Below, one piece after another: positions 51,801-64,000 of a stretch of DNA of 64,000 nt. Under the pieces are notes generated by a model, which saw only the letters and a program-made list of their open reading frames with translations, had not been told where the DNA came from and searched no databases. Source of the DNA: Camelus ferus (lineage: Eukaryota). The position numbers and the translations under genes are program-made. How positions within the stretch are numbered: the first letter of the stretch is position 1; every line of letters starts with the position of its first letter. The DNA is taken from contig NC_045696.1 in the NCBI RefSeq assembly GCF_009834535.1, forward strand, positions 39,186,001-39,250,000, written 5' to 3'.

Positions 51801-53866
51801 ACTTTTCTTCATTGGAGGGTTTTAAGAAGATATGCAGCCATACATGTGAGAACAGTGGTGGCCTCAACAGTTTGGCAATTTGTAAAGGTGACTCTGGCCC
51901 TAGTGTAAAGTATGGTAGAGGGAAATATACATTTTTAATTTATTTTCTTTGAAAAACCATCATCTTTCCTTCAAGAAAACTATTGCTTTGTCATTCTCCC
52001 CACGACTTATAGAAACTGAGTGAGGACACCAGGATCTGTCTAGTTTTAATTATTTGTTGTTTTTCACTTTGCTTACCTGATAATGAAATATCCAGGTAAG
52101 AGAGAAAAATCTTGGCCACCATACGTGATTTTCTGTTCCTCTTCAGGACAAACAATTCCATATGCCCGTCATAAATACTAGATGTTTTACTGTTGAGAAA
52201 ATATGCATAATAAGATTTATTTTTAATAGTAAACTTGGAATATTAGAAGACTAAAACAATAAAAAATAATGATAATGATTCAAAAGTTTCAGAGGTTATT
52301 TCATACTACAGAAAAATTTCTTGTCAGGGTATGGACAACTAAATTAAGCTGCTTAAATTTCCTTAATTTATTCATGGAATCATGAGAAGATGAGGTAAAA
52401 TCACCAATGATAAATTTCTTAGGCAACTGAATTCCGAATAGATGGGTCTTTCTCTCTGTCTGTCTATCTATCTACTGACCTACCTACCTATCTTCATCTA
52501 TCTTCTATATCTTAAGGGCAAAGATCCAAAATGCTTAAAAGCTCTTGACCTAGTTATGAAAATTGAAAATATTAATTGTAGTTGGGAGTTGGCAAGAAAA
52601 CTAGGTAGGCTCACTCAGGACAAAGCCTCTACTTTGGAAACTAAATGGCCTACACTCATTTCCAAAGTCCAATTTTCAGTGGAGACATGGCAGTCAATCT
52701 TCTTACTTTTTGTGTTGTGTTTTCAGGGGCTCCTTGAAGGTACATACTTAAAAAAGATATATTTTTAAAACTAATTATTTTCTTGTTTTATTCTCAGTGA
52801 AGGTGGAAAATAAAAACTCAGATCTATTTTAAGGTTAAACAAATCCAATTTTGGTAAATAGAAAAAATTTTAATGTATTTTAATCAGCAACAAATATGTG
52901 TATAAAATTATGTTGTTCATTTAATTTTGAGTACAGCTGAGTCTACACACTAAATTATAGGTGGGTTTTCTCCTTCTAGGTAATTGAATAATCTCTGCAT
53001 TCACCTCCAAATATATTAGGATCTTTTCTTTTGGATTCAATTTTTGGCAAAATTTGTATGTCACAGAACAAAGTCAAATTATTTAAAGATCACATCAAAT
53101 ATTCCATCTGTATTATTGACAAAAATTATAAAATATGTCCAAAAAGAAAGATACTTTGTTATCAAAAAGAACAAAAATGTACTGAACTTGTATGCCTAAC
53201 TTTATTCATTTACAAAATACCTTGTTGAGTACTATGAAAAACAAACAAACAAACAAACAAAAAACAAAGAGGGGGAGAGAGAGAAAGAAATCACTCTCAA
53301 CGGTTGAAGACAGATGTTACTGAAAATATTCAAAAGCATATGTACTAATCCAAAATAATTACTGGACTGAAGGTATATATTTTTACAAAAATTTTACTTA
53401 CAATGAATCTAATTTTTTAATTAAAATTTCTATTGCTACCTCTTAAATATAATAATAGCATTTTTATTGTTTCTTTTTCTCATCTTCACCATATTTAAAT
53501 ATCTTGATTCTTTTCCTATTTTAAAAGATTTTTATATCAGAAGATGATTATTAAATTGCAATCAACTTTTCCAAATTACAAAATAAGATCTCTTATACAA
53601 GTCATGGAATCATCAGTGTGTGTGTGTGTGTGTATTATATTATATATATAAATGTATTTTCCCCCTAATTTATAAGACCAGTTTACTAAATACTTATTGT
53701 TTGTAAAGAATATTTACTCAAGGGTAGAGGTAAATGTCCTGATTAACAGGGATACATAAACAAGGAAAATGTATTTTTTTCGAATGAAATGTACTTATTT
53801 TCATGGTATTTCATGACTGTGTTCTTCATCTACTCTTTCACTGCAGTCACAGGCTGAGTGGATATA

Positions 53867-54774
53867 ATGCAGGCAAACAAGACGCTGTTGACTGAGTTTG
53901 TTCTCACAGGACTTACAGATCTTCCAGGGCTGCACGTCCCCCTGTGCCTGGTGTTCTTGTTCATCTACCTCACCACCATGGTGGGAAACCTTGGACTGAT
54001 GGCTCTTATTTGGAAGGATGCCCACCTTCACACACCCATGTACTTGTTCCTTGGTGGTTTAGCCTTTGCAGATGCTTGCAGTTCAAGCTCTATAACACCC
54101 AGGATTCTGGTCAGTTTCTTAGACAAGACTGCAAAGATATCCCTAGCTGAGTGCATTACTCAATTTTTTTTTCACTTCCGGTGCAACCACAGAATGTTTC
54201 CTTCTGGTATGACCGCTATGTAGCCATATGCAATCCCTTGCTTTATCCAGTGGTGATGTCCAATATCTTCAGCACTCAATTATAAGGTGTTTCTTATTTT
54301 ATTGGGTTTCTTCATTCCATGATTCATCTGAGTTTGTCATTTAGATTAACTTTCTGCAAGTACAATGTAATACATTATTTCTACTGTGAAATTTTACAAC
54401 TATTTAAAATTTCCTGTACTGACCCTAGGGTTAATATGCTCCTGATTTTTTTATTTGCAGTCTTTATACAGGCTTTCACTTTTATGAGTATCATTATCTC
54501 TTATTCCTTTGTCTTCTTTGCCATCCTGAAAAATAAGTGTGAAAAGGGCAGAAGCAAAGCCTTCTCCATATGCATTGCCCATCTGCTCTCTGTTTCCATG
54601 TTCTATGGCACTCTCTTCTTCATATATGTGTGTCCTGGGTCTGGACCAGTTGAAGATCAGGATAAAATGTATTCTTTATTTTATACAATCATAATTCCCC
54701 TGCTAAATCCTTTTATTTACAGTCTGAGGAACAAAGAGGTTATAGGTGCCTTGAGGAGAATAATAAATAGATAA
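53867..54774 (+). pseudogene. OR5AC-like olfactory receptor pseudogene (gene 4)
   Basis: 2-nt loss in the T run near 54165, 11-nt deletion just before the DRY motif (about 54209), in-frame TAA at 54283-54285. Confidence 0.92.
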
Positions 54775-54794
54775 TTATTAAGGCAAAGTTTAAA

Positions 54795-54990
54795 CTTGTT
54801 TTTATTTATTGTTTTATTGAAGTATAGTCAGTTTACAATGTTGTATCAATTTCTGGTGTATAGCATAATAGTTCAGTCATACATATACATACTATATTCA
54901 TTTTCATATTCTTTTTCCATTATAGGTTACTGTAAGATGCTGAATATATTTCCCTGTTCTATACAGCATAAACTTACTATTTATCTATTG
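54795..54990 (-). mobile_element. Short antisense L1 3' end
   Basis: TTTTATTGAAGTATAGTCAGTTTACAATGTTGTATCAATTTCTGGTGTATAGC, the reverse complement of an L1 terminus. Confidence 0.8.
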
Positions 54991-56859
54991 TGAATTAAAT
55001 TACATTAAATTTTTATTGAATTATAGCAAACTGGTTCTTTTTCAACATTCAAATTAGCCTTGGTTTTATAATTTTAACTGAGGGCAGTGTCTATACTGTA
55101 TTAATCTTTACATACTTTACAAAAGCAGAAACATAATTTACATAACTGCCACTCATAATCTCTTCTGTGTTTACTATTTAAGTAAAAATAATTTATTTCT
55201 GCAATTACACAATGCAACAAATCTTAATTTGGATAAGTGCCACTATGGGATGGTTCTCATTTCTGAAATGACTGTAAAAACTTTCAATGTAATATTTATT
55301 GTTCTTTCATAGACGGCTCTGTAAGGAATTTGTAATAACTTTCTCTGTTGGCCATATTCTAAACTTAAAGGAACTCTAAAGTAGTAAACATACAGTGTTT
55401 GATTTTATAATATCATTGGCAACCCATTGCTGTTTCAAAATCCCCAGGTGACAACCTGATATTGCTGAGCAGTAAGGGAGAATTAAGAGGAAGTCACATA
55501 TACAGAAAATCTGATGTATAGACTTAATAGGCATGCAGGGTAGGAGGGTGCAAGGCTGTGAAATGAAGTCAGCACTACAGCTTCTCTGCGCTGTTATAGG
55601 CCATCTCCAACTTTTAACAGGGCATAGAGAGTAAGTGAAATTAAAATGATTATATAAATGTAATTGGCTACTTAAACAGGCAGTGACAAGAGGAATGAAC
55701 ACATTGAAGCTAAATGAACTTAAAAATTCTACATATCAAATTAGTATTGGGAGAAAATGGTCCTAGTTGTGGAGGAACTTAATAGGGGCATCTCTGGTGC
55801 TGATAGAGTTCAAAGTGTCTAATCTATCTATGCTTCTGCAAGGTGCTCTGTCCTGTCTTCAACTAGGCAGGAGGAAAGGTGTAGATTTGTGAATGGGGAC
55901 ACCATTATTTCACAAGTGCTGTGAAGCCATATATTCAAACTCATGAAAAAAATCTCATATATTGAAGTATTTATTTTTTGAAAGTATTTTTAAGAGAACT
56001 GACCACTGGAGGGAGTCCATAGTACATTTACATCCTGGTGATTCTAGAATAGGCAAATCAGGCTCACCCAGTCTAAAATGTAGCTCATCAAGCCTAGAAA
56101 CAAAGGAAATCTTGGATTCCTAAGCTAAGTAATCTGCAAAGGATAGCACTGATAGTGCACCAACCACAAGAAAACTGCTTCTGGCAAACGGTCCCAGACT
56201 TTAGGAGGAAAGAGAAGATCTACAACCTTCTAGATAGAGAGACTGGGTTACTGACAAAGTAAAGATAAGAACAGTAATAACTGACTTTCTATTTGTTGTA
56301 CTGAAAGTACAAGACAATGGAATGACATTAATAAATTATTGAGAGAAAAATAATGGGTTCCATGAATAGTGTTGTGACAAAGTATATGCAGAGGGATTGT
56401 GAATGACCATTCAAGCTGTGTGCACTGCTTAACTCAGGGGCACTATTTACAACACAATATTGTGTTGCTGACTGCACTGTGTATAAGACACCATAAGCAA
56501 TGACCTAATGGATGAAGATGATGTGACTGGGAACAGTATTATAAGTATTTAGTTAGATTTTTAAAGATTGTAAAATAAATTAAATAACATTTCATTGCTC
56601 TTTAAGGGAAATTTTGGCAAATGTCAGAGGAGACTTTCTTCCAGTCAAGAGGCCCTATGTTAAGTATTATGTAGTACAGATTGTATGCCATGACTCACTT
56701 CAAAACACTGTTTCCCACTTTTCTAAGCCTATGAGAGCAAGTTTCATCATTTCTTTTGCTATTTGTGGACAAACCTCAATTTAAGGTTTTTGAGAATGGG
56801 TTGCTTAAGGGATAGACTGATTCACTGTAATAGCTAGTGTTGAATGATTCATTCAGTGT

Positions 56860-57332
56860 GAGTCTCAGATCACACTGCCCTTGATTCTTATATATTCCCT
56901 GTCATAGATACTGCTAGGTGTCTCCCCTTATCTTTTCTAACTGCACATCTGCATCTGAGGGTTTTCTCTGATGGCCAGAGCCATTTTACCCTCATTTAAG
57001 GCAGACTATAAGAACTGGGAAATGATTACTATTCAAAGAATCTCCCTCAGATCATTTATCAACCAGTGACTTGCAGGAGTTGGTGAATAAATACCCCAAA
57101 TCCTTTGCCCTTTGGTTGATATAAATTTGATGTTCATGCTTCATACTAGCTCATGGTGTTTCCAAAAACGAGTAAGCTTGATTGCTTACAATTGTAACTT
57201 GTTTGGTAAATTACCCTTTTTGGCTGCATTCCCCTCCCTGTCTCACTTCATCACTTTATTACTCATCAACTATTAACAAAAAACTACTGCATTCAAATCA
57301 TGTCTCAGTCTGACAGAACACAAACTAAGATA
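56860..57332 (+). mobile_element. LTR16-like ERVL LTR
   Basis: GGAGTTGGTGAATAAATACCCCA...CCCTGTCTCACTTC...CAAACTAAGA. Confidence 0.55.
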
Positions 57333-57697
57333 TCCCTTTTCCCCAAAGGTAGAACTGAATGTCTTATACGGGAACCAGGCATACCCGTAATATCCCATTT
57401 CAATATGACAAAATTATTACTTCTACATAAATCTCAATGGTTGTGGGTCTTCCTACTATGGATATGCCCCATCTATCCAGATGGTATTCAGCTCTAAGCA
57501 TAATCTTAAAGTGGTTCTTACTTTTACCTCATACCCTACCATACAGATACAGAATACAGTCTATCAAAGTTGATAATCAACGTCCCTTTTAACTTGGTAT
57601 CTGAAATACAGATATTTCAGCTATTAAAAGGAATTTTAGGTTTTTATAATTCAGAATATTTCATTTGTCCTCTAAGTACTGTTTACTTCCATTTTTA

Positions 57698-59400
<1,703 letters not shown>

Positions 59401-60182
59401 AAAATACATTGCAACTTGAGCTTTGGTCAAAATAAGACAGAAAATTGTGGTCTAGACTAGAGGTCCAAGGAGCTTTTTCTCCTTTAAGCCTAATCAGAAT
59501 CTTGATTTCTAGTGCTGGAAGAAATGGAGCTAGCAGTGTAGAAGTTAACCCTTGGTGCACAAAGCTAGCCAGACTAAGCCAGGTGGCCAGTTTAGAAAAG
59601 AAAGAGTGAAGTGGAGCTGGCCATGTTTGGAAGGAAAAGTCCATGAGTGAGCTTATTTTTCTGGCAGGAAGAATAGATGTTTCAAGGGAGCATGCCTGCG
59701 GGCTACTTAGCATTTCTGCTAAAAGAAGATACAAGCTACGGTCAATCAAAGCAACAGTCTGACCTCTGGATGCCCCTTAAGCCCACCTACGTGATCCCAC
59801 CAGAATCTCGTAATTTCACACATCGTATTAACATCTCCTTGCTTCGGGAAAAGGAAAAAGGAAAAAGGAAATTGTAAAAGGATCAGAGTAGGAATTTGAA
59901 CTCCTTTCTCTAGAGTTATCATTCCACATATATTAAGCAGGAATAGCAGGTTGCAAAACTATGTATATTGCATAATTTCCTTATCTGCAAACTCACAGAT
60001 GTATGTATATTTGTATAATATATGATAGAAAAATTTTAAAGATTGATACTAAAATATTAGTGTATATTTCTAGATAATTATAAAATATTTTTACTTTCCT
60101 ATTACTTATCAATATCTTTAAATCTTTCTATAATAGACAGTTTTACTTGTGAAATAAAATAATTCTAGAGTGATAAAGATAA

Positions 60183-60664
60183 TGATAAAGATTCTCTCAC
60201 TCATCAAATTCTACTCAGACTCCTCTGAGCTCTTTTTCAACCACGCCTGATTTCTGGACTTCCATATTCATCCGTGAATTGTCCAATTTTGGCAAGAATC
60301 CTGCTGAATCACTTTGATCCTTATCTTTGATGTCTGATCACCCCTGATACATAATTGGGTTCCTTATCCTACACCAACCCCCAGGTAATGTGCGATGACC
60401 CTAGCCTGCCTTCAGCAATACTGTTAGGTTGGTTTAGCCAGAATCGCTCTTATCCCTGATGTTTTCTCTCGGTAATTCTCCATCCACTCTCCCGCACCCT
60501 GCTCCTTGGCTATAAGTACCCACTTGCCTATGCTATGTTGAATTCAACATCTCTCCCCCACTGCAAGATCCCATTGAAATGGTTCCTGCAACTATTATAA
60601 TAGCCTTCCCTTGAATAAAATCTTCCTTACGACCTTCATCAAGAGTCACTGATTTTCTTTAACA
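60183..60664 (+). mobile_element. MER31-like solo LTR
   Basis: TGATAAAGATTCTCTC...CAGACTCCTCTGAGC start, TATAA, AATAAA, ends TTTAACA. Confidence 0.7.
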
Positions 60665-61855
60665 GCATCCAGACTGAAGAGGAAGAAATAAATATTTAAA
60701 TAGATAATATAATTATCCCTCCAGAAAAATCAAATGGAGTACAAAAAAGTTACTAAAACTAGTAGATGAGTTTAGCTAATTTCCAGAATACAAAATCAAT
60801 ATTCAAAAATCACCTGTATTTCTGTATAGTAGTAATAAACATTCAGAAATTGAAGTTAAAAATACTGTGTACAATAGTAATCAGCATATGAAAACTTAGT
60901 GATAAATCTGACAAATAATGTGCAAAAGCAATAAATTGAAAAAAAACAAAGCTTTTATAAGAGAAATTAAAGAATACCTAAATATATGGAAAGATGGATT
61001 GGAAGAGTCAATATTGAAAAAATTTCAATTCTCTCCAAATTCATTTATAGATTTAATAAAGTCCCAATCAAAATACTAGCAGGATTTCTTGTAGAAATTG
61101 ACAAGCTGATTATGATATTCATATAGGAATGCAAAGAATATAGAATAGCCAAGACAACTTTGAAAAAGAAGAACACAACTAGGGATCTAACACTATCTGA
61201 CTCTAGGATTTAACATAGAACTTCATTATCAACACAGTGTGGACTTGTTATAAAGACACACAAATAGAGGAGTGGAATAGAATACAATTCAGATATAAAC
61301 CCATAAATTTATGGACAGCTGATTTTGAATAAAGCTGCAAAGGTAATTCAGTGAAGAAATGACAGTCTTTTCAACAAATGATACTGGAACAATTGGATAT
61401 CTATATGCAAAAAATGAACTTTGATGTAGATAATATAAAAAATTAACTCAAAATGTGTCATAAACCTAAATGTACAAACAACAAATAAGACATCAAAAGC
61501 ACAACTTATGAAAGAAAAACCACTGACAAATTAACTTCATTAAATAAAGAACTGCTGTTCAAAAAAAGTGCTAAAATGAAATGACAAACCATAGAATTTC
61601 AGGAAATATCTGTAAGACATATATCTGATAAAACACTCATATGTAGGATATAGGAAAAACTCTCAAAGCTCAAAAATTAGAAAAAAAATAACTCAGTTAA
61701 AAGTGGACAAAAAAATCTGAACAGACATTTGACTGAAGATGGCCTGCAGATGTCAAGTAAGCGCAGATATAATCATCATTAGTCATCAGGGAAATGCAAA
61801 TTAAAACCACAATTAGATACCACAACCCACCTATTAAAATAACTGAAATCAAAAG
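60665..61855 (+). mobile_element. Old LINE-1 ORF2 3' fragment
   Basis: GGATTGGAAGA, GTAGAAATTGACAAGCTGAT, GGGAAATGCAAATTAAAACCACAAT. Confidence 0.8.
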
Positions 61856-62554
61856 GGCAATCCATGCCAGAAGCAGCAATACACACCTTTGTACTTACAG
61901 ACAGACAACACAAAACCTGGAAGATAATTACTCAAAATTGAAGGGGGCAGTAAACTTAAGTCAAGTTTTGGTTATGTTAAAGCTCCCTCTGCACATCCTG
62001 CTACTTACTCAATCCTTCTGTAGAGTTTTCACAGTGAATTCTCTTTTATCTATGTTACTTCTTCTCAATTTCTCTCCCTTTCACAAACAAGATTCTAAGG
62101 AAGCAGGAAAGGGATTAATGAAGCTATCAAACAATATGCCCTTTTTTCTCCCTAGGTTGCCAGTCACATTTCAGAGGTTATTCTTTTTCTTTTTTTAAAA
62201 AACCTTTTAGATTTCAAATCCAAATATCACAAGTAAGTAAATTAAGGTTTATTTTATGAATGTTCATGGATAATTTTATCTGTTAATGCACAAAAAAGCA
62301 AATTTGGACACATTACCACTATGTTCAAAATCCCTCAATAGTTTTCCTTTAGGCTGGGGTAAAGAACAAAGTCCCTGACATAGTCTCCCACATATGCTGG
62401 CCTCTCTAACCGCATATGACTCCTCCTTACTTCTCTGTTTACAAGCTACATTTATCATGTTGTGCTTCTCCAAATATGTAGGCTCTCTGATACTCTGATA
62501 GTCCCTCCAATGAGGAAGACCCTGTGGCCCTGTGGAAGACACCTGTCCATAGGC

Positions 62555-62672
62555 AACAGTCACCTTGCTAGAGATGAAGACCCTTGGGCCCCTCACAGAC
62601 CTACTGAAACAAAATCTTCATTTTAACAAGCTCTCCAGGAGATTCATAGACATTACAGTTTGAGAAGCACTG
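62555..62672. mobile_element. MER5A-like hAT-Charlie MITE fragment
   Basis: CAGACCTACTGAA...CATTTTAACAAG...AGTTTGAGAAGCACTG. Confidence 0.7.
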
Positions 62673-63089
62673 ATGTAGGCCACCTCCCACAGTGGCCCTT
62701 TGTTCTGTTTTTCCTTTGCTTCTCCCCCTGACCTTTGCTTAGTAAGATTTCTCATCAGACTTCCCCACTAATGTGTGGAGCTAGGTATAGGTATGGAATG
62801 TGATTTACAGTTCGCATGAGGACAACTTTCTTGGGATTGGCTCCTGAAGGGATTCTAGAACTCTGGCCTCATTAAAATCAAGTGTGATTAGCTCAGACAA
62901 GACCATACTAAGCTGAGCATCAAAATTTACACATGAACTGAATTTTCATAAACATATCAGAAGAGTCATCTATGGTTGAAAGTAGTGGCATAAGGTGCAA
63001 TTTCTACTGTTAAAACTGGAACAGTCTAAAATGATCGATTTTTATGATTTCAGAGTTTATAATGCCTGGTGGAATAATCTGGATTCCTC

Positions 63090-63422
63090 ACACATGTCCA
63101 GGTTCACAATGCCCAGTAGAAAAGATTAGCTTTGTCCTAAAGGGAATCCTTGGGCTCTATCAGGGGAATTTTGGTACTTCACTCTTTCTTCTTCTGGTAA
63201 AAGCACAGAGTTGTATAATTGATTGACTATTCTATTCAGAAGAAATTAATATAAACAATAACTTCCTTAGCTTGGAAAGTAAAGCCTCCAAAATTAATCA
63301 GTATGCAAAGAATTGCTACTTGTGTTATTGTCATTTCCTGTACTATTGTAGATTTTCCTACTCTAGAAAGCCTACTGTATTGAAAGGATATCCACAATTT
63401 CTCATAAGATATGGGTAAGAGA
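63090..63422 (+). promoter_or_regulatory. Fifth copy of the OR promoter block (gene expected beyond the window)
   Basis: CACAATGCCCAGTAG (TG at 63110), TCCTAAAGGGA, donor GG/GTAAGA at 63415. Confidence 0.55.
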
Positions 63423-64000
63423 TAAATGATTTGCATAATATTCATTATTCTTTATATAAAACATTTAAAATACTGCTTAATTTATAGTAATTTTAGATTG
63501 GGCACATAAGATGTCAAAATATCCAAGTGGAAGTGGAAAAAAATAGTGAATTAATTGTGTCTTTTATTTTTGTGACTAAAATTTATATATGTAAAATAGC
63601 TTAAGACAGAATTGTTCCCTTTAACAATGTTTTATTATTTTGTTAACCTATCTCTAACAATTTTATGAGGTGAATTTTGGTGAACCAAAGGTTAAATAGT
63701 TTAAAACTGGGTTTAATGTTTCATTTCATATGATTCTTATATAAGAAATCATTTTGGTGATTCTGACAAAAAGACTCACTCTGATTAATTAAACACTGAT
63801 TAAAACTTTTAAGGCAAATTATTTAAATATTAATTCCTCTGTTTTTTCACCCACTTCTGAGAATAACTTTATTGAGTATTTTGTACATATAGCATAGAAA
63901 TATATATGTTCTATGGAATATAAATTAAAAAAGATATATACATATAAATCATTGAGTACTTTATATATATTTATATAATATATATTTTATTTATATATAG

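Overview
Mammalian genomic DNA, AT-rich and repeat-dense. It is probably a cetartiodactyl, possibly a camelid; this is inferred only from the style of the L1 3' ends and the absence of recognisable ruminant or pig SINEs. The window holds a tandem cluster of + strand OR5AC-family olfactory receptor genes (three intact ORFs, one pseudogene), each preceded by a paralogous promoter-like block. It also holds many L1, L2, MaLR, ERVL and MER relics and a rearranged ZCCHC12/ZCCHC18 fragment. The standout is a 6.27 kb internally deleted class I provirus (2574-8838; AAGC target-site duplication, tRNA-Thr primer site). Its gag is interrupted by a 447-bp spliced, circularly permuted piece of the host ATXN7 transcript, flanked by an 11-bp direct repeat shared by gag and ATXN7. 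That structure is what one would expect if a back-spliced circular RNA (circATXN7) had been copied once around and captured by a retrovirus. Gene and repeat names come from recalled sequences, not database searches.
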